Origin: Bacteroidales bacterium
GTDB taxonomy: Bacteria; Bacteroidota; Bacteroidia; Bacteroidales; ML635J-15
DNA: 57,099 bases
Direction of reading: 5' to 3'
NCBI GenBank assembly: GCA_023228725.1
Contig: JALOAQ010000001.1
Location: forward strand, 1 to 57,099
The notes beneath the pieces are model-generated. The model ran no database searches, was not told where the DNA came from, and worked only from the letters and a program-made list of their open reading frames with translations. Numbering within the stretch: the stretch's first letter is position 1; every line of letters begins with the position of its first letter. Position numbers and translations under genes: made by a program. Below are positions 38,998 to 48,261 of this stretch, in pieces.

Positions 38998-39594
38998 ATG
39001 GCAGTAAAATTAAGACTGGCAAGGCACGGACGCAAAAGACAAGCTTATTATCACATTGTTGCAGCCGATAGCCGCGCACCACGAGATGGTAAGTATATTG
39101 AAAGAATTGGTTCTTACAATCCTGTAAGTAATCCAGCTAAAATTGAGTTAGACTTTGACAAAGCATTAACTTGGATAATGAACGGAGCTCAACCAAGCGA
39201 CACAGTAAGAAGGATTTTATCTTACAAAGGTGTTTTAATGAAAAAACACTTATTAGATGGCATTAAGAAAGGAGCTTTCGATGAAGCAGAAGCAGAAAGA
39301 AGATTTCAAGTTTGGCTAAAAGAAAAAGAAGCTAAAATTACTTCTAAAGTATCGGATTTAGAGTTGGCAAAACGTGAAGCTGATAAAGAAAGATTAGAAG
39401 CTGAACGTAAAATTAAAGAACAAAAGGCAGAAGCTATTGCTAAAAAATTCGCAGATGAAGCAGCTGAAGCTAAAGCTGCCGAAGATGCAAAAAAAGCTTC
39501 TGAAGAAGTAGAAGAAACTAAAGCCGAGGTAAACTCTGAAAAAGAAACTCCTGAAGCAAGCTCTGAAGAAACTGTTGAGCCAAGTAAGGAGTAA
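38998..39594 (+). CDS. rpsP: 30S ribosomal protein S16 with long Lys/Glu/Ala-rich C-terminal extension
   Basis: [31 protein letters not shown] core, then a charged tail of roughly 100 aa. Confidence 0.95.
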   Translation: MAVKLRLARHGRKRQAYYHIVAADSRAPRDGKYIERIGSYNPVSNPAKIELDFDKALTWIMNGAQPSDTVRRILSYKGVLMKKHLLDGIKKGAFDEAEAERRFQVWLKEKEAKITSKVSDLELAKREADKERLEAERKIKEQKAEAIAKKFADEAAEAKAAEDAKKASEEVEETKAEVNSEKETPEASSEETVEPSKE

Positions 39595-39596
39595 TT

Positions 39597-40130
39597 ATGT
39601 TTTTTGGTGAAGAAGAATTAATAAAAATTGCTGAAATCACTAGAACTCACGGAGTTGAAGGTGATGTTTTATTAAGCCTTAATCCCGATTTTGATAAAAA
39701 TATTATTACTGAAGATTTGCCGGCATTCCTAATTATTGATGGAATGCCGGTTCCTTTTTTTATAGAAAAAATTAAAAAATTAGGCAATAAGATTATAGCA
39801 GGATTCAGACATATTGAAACTATGGAAATAGCGGAAAAATATGTGGGATTGGATATTATGACTTTAAAATCATTATTTGAAGATTTTGATGAGCAGGAAT
39901 ATTCAGAAGAATTAATTGGATATTCTGTATTTGATGAAAAATCAGGTTTTATTGGAAAAGTTTCATTATTTAACGACATTCCAGGTAATCCGGTGATAGA
40001 AACAGAATTCCAAGCTAAAACAATAATTATTCCTTATTCCGAAGATATTATTTTAAAAATTGACGATAAGAAAAAAGAAATCCAAATTTCTGCACCCCAA
40101 GGACTAATAGATTTGTATTTAGAGCCGTAA
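39597..40130 (+). CDS. rimM: ribosome maturation factor RimM
   Basis: I....RTHGV.G.V N-terminal domain plus PRC-barrel-like C-terminus. AAGGAG lies just upstream. Conserved rpsP-rimM order. Confidence 0.85.
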   Translation: MFFGEEELIKIAEITRTHGVEGDVLLSLNPDFDKNIITEDLPAFLIIDGMPVPFFIEKIKKLGNKIIAGFRHIETMEIAEKYVGLDIMTLKSLFEDFDEQEYSEELIGYSVFDEKSGFIGKVSLFNDIPGNPVIETEFQAKTIIIPYSEDIILKIDDKKKEIQISAPQGLIDLYLEP

Positions 40131-40165
40131 TTTAATGAAATTTTTCCCAATTTCTTAAAATATAA

Positions 40166-40251
40166 TTTGGACATTAATTGGACAAAAAAACATTAAACGC
40201 CTGATAATTAGACAAATAATTTTAATTAATTTTGGACATTGACCGGACATT
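40166..40251 (+). promoter_or_regulatory. array of five TTGGACA-type direct repeats
   Basis: tttggacatt (40166), attggacaaa (40177), attagacaaa (40207), tttggacatt (40231), accggacatt (40242). Two pairs are spaced 11 bp apart. Confidence 0.45.
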
Positions 40252-40333
40252 TTGAAATAAAAATAATTCTAAGTAAAAATTACTATCTTGGTAAAAATAT
40301 TTTAATATACAGATTAGTCCCTAAATTCTAATT

Positions 40334-41404
40334 ATGCAAAAACAAACAAAAAATAGAATTTTTGGCTTAGATATTTTGAGGAGCTTGGCTATAATCATTG
40401 TTGTGCTTGGTCATAGTGAGTTTCCTTTTATTAAAGATTTTTTGAAGCTCCCTTTACCTGATGGTGTTGATTTATTTTTTGTTTTAAGCGGTTTTTTAGT
40501 TGGCTCAATAATAATTAAGGACATAGAAAAAAATAAAAAATACGAATTTAAACAAGTGTCAAATTTTTTAAAAAGGAGGTGGTATAGAACTTTACCAAAT
40601 TATTTTTTATTTCTTTTAATAAATATTATTCTCATAAATTTTGGCTTGATTAAAGGTGTTTTAAATAAATATTTAATTACGTTTTTTGTTTTCTTTCAGA
40701 ATTTTTTCAAACCTTTTGATTTTTTATTTTGGGAATCTTGGAGTTTGTCGGTTGAAGAATGGTTTTATCTTAGTTTTCCTATAATAATTTTCATTTTATT
40801 TACTCTTACAAAATTTAAAATTAAAAAGAAAAATATTGTCCTAACTTCTATTTTTATTATAATTATTTTTCCTTTTTTGTTCAGATTATATAAAGCATAT
40901 TCCTACCCACATTTAGATTTTGACTTATATTTTAGAAAATTAGTTTTAACAAGGCTTGATACTATTGGATTTGGAATTTTGGGAGCATATATAAATTTTT
41001 ACCATCAAAGTTTTTGGAATAAATTTAAAAATTATTTTTTTGTACTAGGCATAAGTTTACTCAGCTTTCTAATAGTACATAAATTTTCCGGTTTTTTTCT
41101 AAAAACATTTTATTATTCTTTAATTGGACTTTCAATATTATTTGTTTTACCAATATTACAAAATTTAAAAAACGAAACTATTCCTTTTAACCCTATACGG
41201 TTTATAAGCAAGATTTCATATTCTATGTATTTGCTACACTTACCTTTAATGTATATTTTTATCCAAAATTTTCCTGTATCAAATAAGCTTGAAAGTTTAA
41301 TTATTTATATTTGTTTTTGGTTAGTTTTAATACTTTTTTCGTTTTTGATATATAATTTTTATGAAAAACCTTTAATGGATTTGAGAGATAAGAACAAAAA
41401 ATAA
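40334..41404 (+). CDS. acyltransferase family 3 (membrane O-acyltransferase)
   Basis: GLDILRSLAIIIVVLGH N-terminus and ~10 TM segments. Confidence 0.8.
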   Translation: MQKQTKNRIFGLDILRSLAIIIVVLGHSEFPFIKDFLKLPLPDGVDLFFVLSGFLVGSIIIKDIEKNKKYEFKQVSNFLKRRWYRTLPNYFLFLLINIILINFGLIKGVLNKYLITFFVFFQNFFKPFDFLFWESWSLSVEEWFYLSFPIIIFILFTLTKFKIKKKNIVLTSIFIIIIFPFLFRLYKAYSYPHLDFDLYFRKLVLTRLDTIGFGILGAYINFYHQSFWNKFKNYFFVLGISLLSFLIVHKFSGFFLKTFYYSLIGLSILFVLPILQNLKNETIPFNPIRFISKISYSMYLLHLPLMYIFIQNFPVSNKLESLIIYICFWLVLILFSFLIYNFYEKPLMDLRDKNKK

Positions 41405-41599
41405 AAATTATTAATATTTCTGTTGTATAATAATCCAAAACTGTCCACTATAATAATTTAAAATTAGTCAGTTAACTACCACAAAAACCAGCATTTATGT
41501 CAGCACCAGAAATATTCCGTGAATAAAATACACTTTTGATGATTTACAATTTAATTTAAAAAAAGCCAATGAAAATATTTGTTTCATAAAAATTATTCG

Positions 41600-41607
41600 T
41601 ATTTTTG
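41600..41607 (+). promoter_or_regulatory. -7 promoter box (TATTTTTG) for the second RM module
   Basis: Matches TAnnTTTG, 27 nt upstream of the ATG at 41635. Confidence 0.45.
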
Positions 41608-41634
41608 ACATTTACCAATATAAAGTAAATATAA

Positions 41635-42482
41635 ATGAAACTTTGGGATAATGAAATAGAAAAACAATTCTTCATTGAAGCACTAAAAAACTTTGCTTCC
41701 CCAGAGCAATTGTTTTATAACTTAAGGGATGGTCATTTTGCTTATGTACCTAAAGGGAAAGAGGCAGAAGGTCAAACCTTACAAAGTAGAAATTCTCTCA
41801 TAGGTCAGTTTACTGAAAAATGGAGTAAAACTTTTTTGGAGCCAATTGCAAGAAGCCAGAATCTGTTTGCAGTTAATAGCGTTATTTGTGAAGAAATTGG
41901 TTTACCACCACGTTCAAGTGCCGATTTAGCTTTTTGCACAACTAACCATACTCAACAAAAACCCGAAAACATAAAACTCATTTTTGAGATTAAAATGAGT
42001 ATTGTCTCAAACTATAAGTTCATAGAGCCTGATAAAGTAGAATTAATTGGAAATTATAAGTCTCATAAAGGGAATCCGGGTTTGCTTCGTTCAGATTCTA
42101 TGCTAAAAGCAATTGGGAAATCTATTAATATTAGAGTTTCAGGTATAGAGTCAGCCAAAATTCCAATAATTATTTTGGGGAATACACCAATCCAAACAAG
42201 TTACGCACATAAAGTAGATTTTCTAAAATCAGCAGGGGTAATTCAAGGCTTTTGGTCTGTTAATCCAAACCCTACGAACTCCGAATATATTAAAAAACTA
42301 AATATCTTGGTTTTGAAACTTTCTATGATACAACGAGAATATCAGAACTATGCAAAGAATTAGTTTCGGAAGATATGAATTATTTTTCTTCAATGGTATC
42401 AAAGAAGAAACTTGGTGAGCTCATAAGAATATCAAATAATGCAAGGACCGACATTGAAAAGCAGAAAAATTTTTACAACTAA
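41635..42482 (+). pseudogene. putative PD-(D/E)XK type II restriction endonuclease, reading frame broken at an A6 run (42292-42297)
   Basis: SADLAF...IFEIKMS fits a D...E.K nuclease core. The annotated frame stops at 42363. The -1 frame stays open for 61 further codons from the A-run to a TAA at 42480-42482, 14 nt before the methylase ATG. Confidence 0.55.
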
Positions 42483-42495
42483 TACGCAATTAAAT

Positions 42496-43416
42496 ATGAA
42501 CACAAAAATAGGAACAGAAACAAGCACATTTGGAACAAAAGGGCGTATTAATCACGACAGTTCAAAGTTTTACGACTCTAAATTATACAGTGAACTTGAT
42601 AGGAAAAAGATTGTTGATAAAACTACTAATACATTTCCTGAGGAAATTGAGAATAAGATTATCCTTGGTTCAGCAGAGAATATGAAAGAGATTCCAAATA
42701 ATTCTGTCCAGCTAATGATTACATCACCTCCTTACAACGTTTCAAAAGAATATGATGAAGATTTATCATTAAAACAATACCTTAAACTTTTAGAAAACTC
42801 TTTTAAAGAAACTTACAGAGTTCTTGTAAATGGTGGTAGAGCTTGCATTAATGTTGCTAACCTTGGCAGAAAACCTTATATACCCTTATCTGATTATATT
42901 TCAAAAATAATGAGCGATATTGGGTTTAATATGCGTGGAGAGATTATTTGGAATAAAGCAGCAAGCGCAAGTCCTTCAACAGCTTGGGGCAGTTGGATGA
43001 GTGCTTCAAATCCAACCTTGAGAGACATTCACGAGTATATTCTAATTTTTTCCAAAGGAGATTACAAACTTGAACTGAAAGGACGAAAAAACACTATTCT
43101 AAAAGAACAGTTTATAGAATGGACTAAATCTATTTGGACTATGAATGCAGAGAGTGCAAGAAGAATTGGGCATCCTGCTCCTTTTCCAGAAGAACTACCT
43201 TATAGACTAATACAGCTTTATTCTTATCAAGACGATGTAATACTTGACCCTTTTATGGGGAGTGGAACGACAGCAGTTTCCGCTCTAAAATCAGGCAGAA
43301 AGTATGTGGGTTATGATATATCACAAGATTATATCGACCTTGCTAATAAAAGAATTGAACCTTTAAAAAAACAAAAAAGGCTATTTGATTCTAACGGAGA
43401 ACTAATAGAACAATGA
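42496..43416 (+). CDS. beta-class N4-cytosine/N6-adenine DNA methyltransferase (SPPY type)
   Basis: ITSPPYNV (motif IV) precedes DPFMGSGTT (motif I); HPAPFPEELP. Start set at the ATG for MNTKIG, downstream of the nuclease stop. Confidence 0.85.
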   Translation: MNTKIGTETSTFGTKGRINHDSSKFYDSKLYSELDRKKIVDKTTNTFPEEIENKIILGSAENMKEIPNNSVQLMITSPPYNVSKEYDEDLSLKQYLKLLENSFKETYRVLVNGGRACINVANLGRKPYIPLSDYISKIMSDIGFNMRGEIIWNKAASASPSTAWGSWMSASNPTLRDIHEYILIFSKGDYKLELKGRKNTILKEQFIEWTKSIWTMNAESARRIGHPAPFPEELPYRLIQLYSYQDDVILDPFMGSGTTAVSALKSGRKYVGYDISQDYIDLANKRIEPLKKQKRLFDSNGELIEQ

Positions 43417-43463
43417 CAGGTTACAAAAAAATTACTCTCTGTGCTACTTCGTGGTGAGAATAG

Positions 43464-43904
43464 GCGAATTTCACGAATACGTTCTTGTAATTCCTTAAAA
43501 TAATTCATAGAGTTTCCTAATTTAAACCTATCGTCATTCAAAGTAAAACCTTTGATGATATATTCTCTTAAACGCTGTGTTGCCCATATGCGGAATTGTG
43601 TTCCTTGCAATGATTTCACGCGGTAGCCAACAGAAATAATGACATCGAGATTGTAATAATCAAGCTCTCGTTCAACATTTCTCATTCCTTCTTGTTGAAC
43701 TGTTCGGAATTTCCGAACAGTTGCCATAGGATCTAATTCTCCCTCTTCAAAAACATTTTTTATATGCACACTTACAGTTGCTTTCACCTTTTGAAATAAT
43801 TCACAAATTTGTGCTTGTGTCAACCAAACGGTTTCGTCTTCTAAACGCACATCTATTTTAATATTGCCCTCAGAATTTTGGTAAATGATGATATTATTAG
43901 TCAT
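43464..43904 (-). pseudogene. rhuM: rhuM-family gene, 3'-truncated
   Basis: The first ~147 aa (IIIYQ...G.I.I.V....ETVWLTQ.Q...LF......V..HI.N.F..GEL...ATVRKFR.VQ.EG.R.V.R....YNLD.IISVGYRV.S..GT.FR.WAT..L) match RhuM N-terminal halves. After ...RIREIR the ORF runs antisense through the methylase 3' end. Confidence 0.6.
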
Positions 43905-44073
43905 AGTTTTATTATCCTTTAATATTCATGAAAAGTGTAATAACAAAGATAAAAGAAAATTACATATTTTTGAAGTAAATCAGTCAAGAATATTTCTAAA
44001 TATTGTGTTTTTAAAGATATCTTAACTCTCGCTTGTAAAAGCTATAAAGCTAATTATATCCCCACAAACTCAA

Positions 44074-44472
44074 TCAGAACTCAAAATACTTTAAAAGCCA
44101 CTGCGGACAACGAACTGCTTTAAATTTTTCAGTATTTACAAAACCTAATGTTACAATAGCGGAATTTAAAAGATTATTATCCTTATCATACATTTTTTGA
44201 TAAAAAACAAGTTTTACTTTCGGGATTTCTGTAATACTAGTTTTAATTATAACTTCTTCATCAAATTTTGCAAATCTATGATATTCAAGGTTTACATTTA
44301 TTGCAGGACAAACTATTCCTTTTTCTTCGGCTTCTGAAAACGAAAAACCAAGTTTTCTCATAAACTCGCCTCTTGCAGCTTCGTAAACTCTCAAATAGTT
44401 TGCATAATACATTACTCCCATTGCATCAGTATCTGCATATAGAACTCTATACTTCATTTCGTGCTCAATCAT
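44074..44472 (-). CDS. acyl-CoA thioesterase (YbgC/4HBT family)
   Basis: RVLYADTDAMGVMYYANYL hot-dog-fold motif; 132 aa. Confidence 0.8.
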   Translation of the reverse strand: MIEHEMKYRVLYADTDAMGVMYYANYLRVYEAARGEFMRKLGFSFSEAEEKGIVCPAINVNLEYHRFAKFDEEVIIKTSITEIPKVKLVFYQKMYDKDNNLLNSAIVTLGFVNTEKFKAVRCPQWLLKYFEF

Positions 44473-45056
44473 TATTTCCTGTATTTTAAATGTAAATAAA
44501 TTTCTCTACTTACCCATGAGTCGCTGGCTGCATATTTTATTTGTTTTTCGTTTAATTCTTCTGCTGCCCAATTACTAAGCTGTTGAGCTTTTGAAACTCT
44601 AAGATTTAAAACAATAGCTGCTATTTTTTTTAAACTCATTTCTTCAATATCAAACTCTTTCACGTAATCTTGTAGTTCGATAAAAGATTGAGGATTAAAG
44701 TTTTTTAGCTTTTTCAAGGCTTTTAAATCGTCATGTATAGATACACCTACTTTTAAATATTTAGGAGAAGATAAAATATTTACAACTTCTTTTTGTAATT
44801 CTAATTTATTTAATCTAAAAAGATAAGTTTTTTCTGCACTACTCAATTGCAACAAAGAAACAGGAGTATTATTAGCTAATCCTTTTTTAAAACATGGTTT
44901 AGTTTCTGTGTCAAAACCCCAAATAGTTTCCAAAAAAAGCTCATCTTTAATTTTATTATAAATTTCTATATTATCAACAATAACAACCTCGCCTTTGAAA
45001 GAAAATAAAGGTAATTTCTGAACCTCTTCATTGCTAATATTTGCTTTATAAATCAA
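44472..45056 (-). CDS. 3'-5' exonuclease domain protein (DnaQ/RNase D-like)
   Basis: GFDTETKP (ExoI), H.DL..L (ExoII region), YAASDSW (ExoIII). Apparent TTG start overlaps the upstream gene. Confidence 0.75.
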   Translation of the reverse strand: MIYKANISNEEVQKLPLFSFKGEVVIVDNIEIYNKIKDELFLETIWGFDTETKPCFKKGLANNTPVSLLQLSSAEKTYLFRLNKLELQKEVVNILSSPKYLKVGVSIHDDLKALKKLKNFNPQSFIELQDYVKEFDIEEMSLKKIAAIVLNLRVSKAQQLSNWAAEELNEKQIKYAASDSWVSREIYLHLKYRK

Positions 45057-45576
45057 AATCTTCTTCGTTTTGAAAATTAATTTCGTGTAAACTTTTCATT
45101 AAAACCACAGCTCTAATTCCCCAATAAGTTTTAAAATTTTCTTGACAATAATAAAATGCTGCAAGAGTAATTTCATCAACTCCAAGTTTAAAAGCTCCAA
45201 TAAAGTCTCCAATTTCTTGATATAAATCAGCGTATAATTCTGATAAACCAACATTCAGAGAATCTAAACTATTCATAACTGTTGCATCCTGAATTTGAAC
45301 ATATTGGTCATCTTCATCTAATTTTGCTGCTACAACTTGCTGAATATAAGACCAAGAAGCTTCGTCAATAAATTTTTCTGTAAAATCATCGTCAAAATCT
45401 TCAAGTTCTGGCAATAATAAAGCTTTTAAATAAAGTAAAGGAAGAATTTTTAATGACGTTTCAATAAATTCTTTTTTAGAAATTTTTGCAGAAGCTTCTA
45501 AAAAAGCAATAAACTCTTTGGCAACTGTTGCAAACTCAACTGTTTCTTTTGTGTAAATTAATTCTGTATTATACAT
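45046..45576 (-). CDS. acidic hypothetical protein (DUF5063-like), co-operonic with the exonuclease
   Basis: 176 aa helical acidic protein. The gene pairing with a 3'-5' exonuclease is recalled from Bacteroidales genomes. Confidence 0.45.
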   Translation of the reverse strand: MYNTELIYTKETVEFATVAKEFIAFLEASAKISKKEFIETSLKILPLLYLKALLLPELEDFDDDFTEKFIDEASWSYIQQVVAAKLDEDDQYVQIQDATVMNSLDSLNVGLSELYADLYQEIGDFIGAFKLGVDEITLAAFYYCQENFKTYWGIRAVVLMKSLHEINFQNEEDFDL

Positions 45577-45581
45577 ATAAG

Positions 45582-46202
45582 TTATTGACCATCAACAAGT
45601 ATCCAGAAAAACACAAAATTTATTAGCTCATTATCCGGACGTAAATATGAAAAATAAGGAGCAATAGCAATTACTCTTTTCTTAAAAACTCCTTCTGCAA
45701 TATACCATTCTTCTAAAAACCTTATTTTTACAATATTGCTATGGTCTAATTGAACTTTCATTATATCTGTTTTATTTGGCAAAACAGTTGTATCAATTAC
45801 TTCAAACTCGTAATTAAAACATTTTTCCATATAGTTTTTCAATTCAGTTTCAGGAATTTCTTCAAAACTACTATAATCTCCACTAATATCGAAATAATAA
45901 GTTTTTAGCTTACCAATTATTGCATCATTTAGTAAATCTTGTAAAAACTCGCTATCCTGAGGACTAGGCAAGTTTTCCCAAAACCAATCCGGATTATTTT
46001 TGCTTCTATCTCCAATTAATTCATTACGAATTGGCACATCATACATTATTTTGTTTGTAATATCGAGTTTTTCGCCTTGATAATCATTTTCGGAAGCTTT
46101 TATAATTTTTCCATTAATTACGATATCATCAGCTTTATTTCCACAAGAAGCAAGAAAAAGTGTAATAAAAGCAAAACAAATTAAAATTACCAAATTTTTC
46201 AT
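45582..46202 (-). CDS. lipoprotein, unknown function
   Basis: Lipobox FLASCG after the signal peptide. Confidence 0.55.
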   Translation of the reverse strand: MKNLVILICFAFITLFLASCGNKADDIVINGKIIKASENDYQGEKLDITNKIMYDVPIRNELIGDRSKNNPDWFWENLPSPQDSEFLQDLLNDAIIGKLKTYYFDISGDYSSFEEIPETELKNYMEKCFNYEFEVIDTTVLPNKTDIMKVQLDHSNIVKIRFLEEWYIAEGVFKKRVIAIAPYFSYLRPDNELINFVFFWILVDGQ

Positions 46203-46216
46203 ATATGAATTTTTTT

Positions 46217-46224
46217 CAAAGTTA
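46217..46224 (-). promoter_or_regulatory. -7 promoter box (TAACTTTG) for the lipoprotein-to-thioesterase operon
   Basis: Reverse complement matches TAnnTTTG, 14 nt upstream of the ATG at 46202. Confidence 0.45.
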
Positions 46225-46240
46225 AAAAAAACTTTAAAAA

Positions 46241-46274
46241 TAAAAAAAATCTACTGCAATTTACAATAGATTTT
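46241..46274 (-). terminator. intrinsic terminator of tRNA-Arg
   Basis: Minus strand reads aaaatcta-(13 nt)-tagatttt followed by a T-run, starting 3 nt after the tRNA 3' end. Confidence 0.65.
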
Positions 46275-46276
46275 TG

Positions 46277-46350
46277 TGATCTAGTCAGGATTCGAACCTG
46301 AGACCTACGGCTTAGAAGGCCGTTGCTCTATCCAGCTGAGCTACTAGACC
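46277..46350 (-). tRNA. tRNA-Arg (anticodon TCT)
   Basis: Reverse complement GGTCTAGTAGCTCAGCTGGATAGAGCAACGGCCTTCTAAGCCGTAGGTCTCAGGTTCGAATCCTGACTAGATCA folds as a cloverleaf. Anticodon loop is CTTCTAA. CCA is not encoded. Confidence 0.9.
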
Positions 46351-46365
46351 ATATTATTTGGTTTG

Positions 46366-46373
46366 CAAAAGTA
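46366..46373 (-). promoter_or_regulatory. -7 promoter box (TACTTTTG) for tRNA-Arg
   Basis: Reverse complement matches TAnnTTTG, 15 nt upstream of the mature 5' end. Confidence 0.5.
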
Positions 46374-46586
46374 TAAAATAATATCAATTGAACAAAATAT
46401 TTTTAATAATATTTTATTTGGCTCAAAATCAAAGCCTTAAAACGCAAAATCATATTATAAAAATATAAATTATCCAATAATAATTCTGATGTTTTGCTTA
46501 TTTTAACATATATCAGTTGAAAAGTCTGTATGCCTAAGTATTTTTAGTGAATTTTAAAGCTATATTTTTACATAAAAATTAGTAAG

Positions 46587-47540
46587 ATGGTAAAAACAGG
46601 TATATACGGAGACTTTGATGAGCACAATAAAATATTAGACAATGTTTTAGATATTCCTGAATTATCCTTGGTTGGAATTTATAGCCCTGAATTGTCTTGT
46701 AAGGAATTAGATTTTTTAAATTCTAAAATTAAATCCTATACACAAGTTGAAACTCTTTTAGATGAGGTTGATGCTGTAATTGCTTTGTCGCCTTTAAGCG
46801 ATTCTTTGCATTTGGAAAAACTTGTAAAAAACTCAAAACATGTATATTTTGAACCTAGTAGCAAGTTTTATTACGAAGATTTTAATAAATTAAATAATAT
46901 TATAGATGAAGCCAATGTTAAAGTGCAGGCCGGCTTACACTATCGATTTAACAATACATTTTTATCAGCAAAACCATTTATCAAAAAACCAAAATTTATT
47001 CAGTCTAAAAATTTTAAACATTTTAATTTTGATATTGATTCTTACTCCGTTTTATTAGATTTGCTTATTTTAGATATTGATATGGTTTTAAGTGTTGTTT
47101 CTTCTAATGTTAAAAATATAAAAACTAGCTCTACAAGTTTAAATTATGGCGATCCGGATATTATAAATGTTAGAATAGAATTTATTAACGGTAGTGTAGC
47201 AGATTTAACAGCATCGCGAATAGCAAGTGGAAATTATCATGAAATAAGTTTTTATGGCGATAAAAATTACGTAGAAATAGATTTATGCAATAATAAAGCA
47301 AAATTTCTAAAAAAACGAGATTTACAAAACTCTAAACTATTATTTCAAGAAAATATAGGAGATTTAATTGTTGAAAACATTAATATAAAGCCAAACAACT
47401 CATATTTTGACGAAATATCTTCTTTTGCAAAATCAATAATTTACGACAAAGAACCAGAAGCGGATATAGATAAAATTTTAAAAACTTATGAAATTATTGA
47501 TAGCATTAAAGATAAATTGAGATTAGCAAGCAATATGTAA
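46587..47540 (+). CDS. Gfo/Idh/MocA-like oxidoreductase fold protein (degenerate dinucleotide-binding motif)
   Basis: Size and layout resemble the family (N-terminal beta-alpha-beta, V.A..G...RFN block), but no clean GxGxxG motif is present. Confidence 0.4.
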   Translation: MVKTGIYGDFDEHNKILDNVLDIPELSLVGIYSPELSCKELDFLNSKIKSYTQVETLLDEVDAVIALSPLSDSLHLEKLVKNSKHVYFEPSSKFYYEDFNKLNNIIDEANVKVQAGLHYRFNNTFLSAKPFIKKPKFIQSKNFKHFNFDIDSYSVLLDLLILDIDMVLSVVSSNVKNIKTSSTSLNYGDPDIINVRIEFINGSVADLTASRIASGNYHEISFYGDKNYVEIDLCNNKAKFLKKRDLQNSKLLFQENIGDLIVENINIKPNNSYFDEISSFAKSIIYDKEPEADIDKILKTYEIIDSIKDKLRLASNM

Positions 47541-47582
47541 AAGTTTAATATGCTATTAGTTAATAATATAAATTAAAAATTG

Positions 47583-48071
47583 TTATTTAATTTTACGAGC
47601 CGGATTTCCTACATGGGTTTCATTATCTGGTACATCCATAATAACAACACTTCCAGCTCCAACTATTGCTTTTTCACCTATATTCAATCCGTTTTTTTTC
47701 GCAATTAATCTTGCACACATTCCTATATAAGCACCTGACTTAATATGAATAAATGTTCTAGTTTGATTTTTTCCATGCAAAGAAAAATAAACACCATAAG
47801 AAATAATGACGTTATTTTCAATTTTAGTCTTATGTGGCTCTAAATCATCTAGATAACACTTCATCCCAATAAATACATTTTTACCTATTTTATAGCCAAT
47901 TAATTTATAAAGAAATATTCTTAAAAAATTAAATGGCGTATTTGGAATTAAAACAACATTTATATACTTTCTGATAGGACGCCATAATATTTTAAAAATC
48001 GAATATTTAGCATAATAAGGTATTTCCTTTTTAGGTAAAAATACTTTATAATAAAATTGAACTAAGCCCAT
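47583..48071 (-). CDS. hexapeptide-repeat acetyl/acyltransferase (WcaF-like)
   Basis: Left-handed beta-helix repeats (IGKNVFIG, IENNVIIS, IKSGAYIG, IGEKAIVGAGSVV) ending in VGNPARKI. Confidence 0.8.
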   Translation of the reverse strand: MGLVQFYYKVFLPKKEIPYYAKYSIFKILWRPIRKYINVVLIPNTPFNFLRIFLYKLIGYKIGKNVFIGMKCYLDDLEPHKTKIENNVIISYGVYFSLHGKNQTRTFIHIKSGAYIGMCARLIAKKNGLNIGEKAIVGAGSVVIMDVPDNETHVGNPARKIK

Positions 48072-48261
48072 TTAATACTCTAATTATTAGATTTTCAAAA
48101 ATAGCAAATAATTTTATTAAAGCAACTTTTTAATTAAATAATAATTATTTTACTAAGTCGCCAAACATTTTATTTTGAAGTATTTCTTCAAAAACATATC
48201 TACCTTTGTTTATAAAAACAACAAAATCTAAGATAAAAGTCTGATAGAAAAAGTTACCAAG

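Noticed and set aside
39647-39979. 110-aa ORF antisense to rimM
   Set aside because: Ser/Asn/Ile-rich low complexity, fully nested in rimM.
42292-42297. Programmed -1 ribosomal frameshift at the A6 run of the nuclease gene
   Set aside because: In the zero frame the run is read AAA-AAA preceded by ATT, not a canonical X-XXY-YYZ heptamer. No downstream stimulatory structure was seen. A mutation or sequencing error is the simpler explanation.
43329-43463. C-terminal 44 codons of the 191-aa rhuM-like ORF
   Set aside because: The sequence is the antisense of the methylase 3' end and has no RhuM similarity. It is treated as read-through after truncation, not as real coding sequence.
46277-46350. 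tRNA-Arg as the integration site for the nearby RM islet
   Set aside because: No partial duplicate of the tRNA 3' end was seen at 41.4 or 44.0 kb. A conserved four-gene operon separates the tRNA from the islet.
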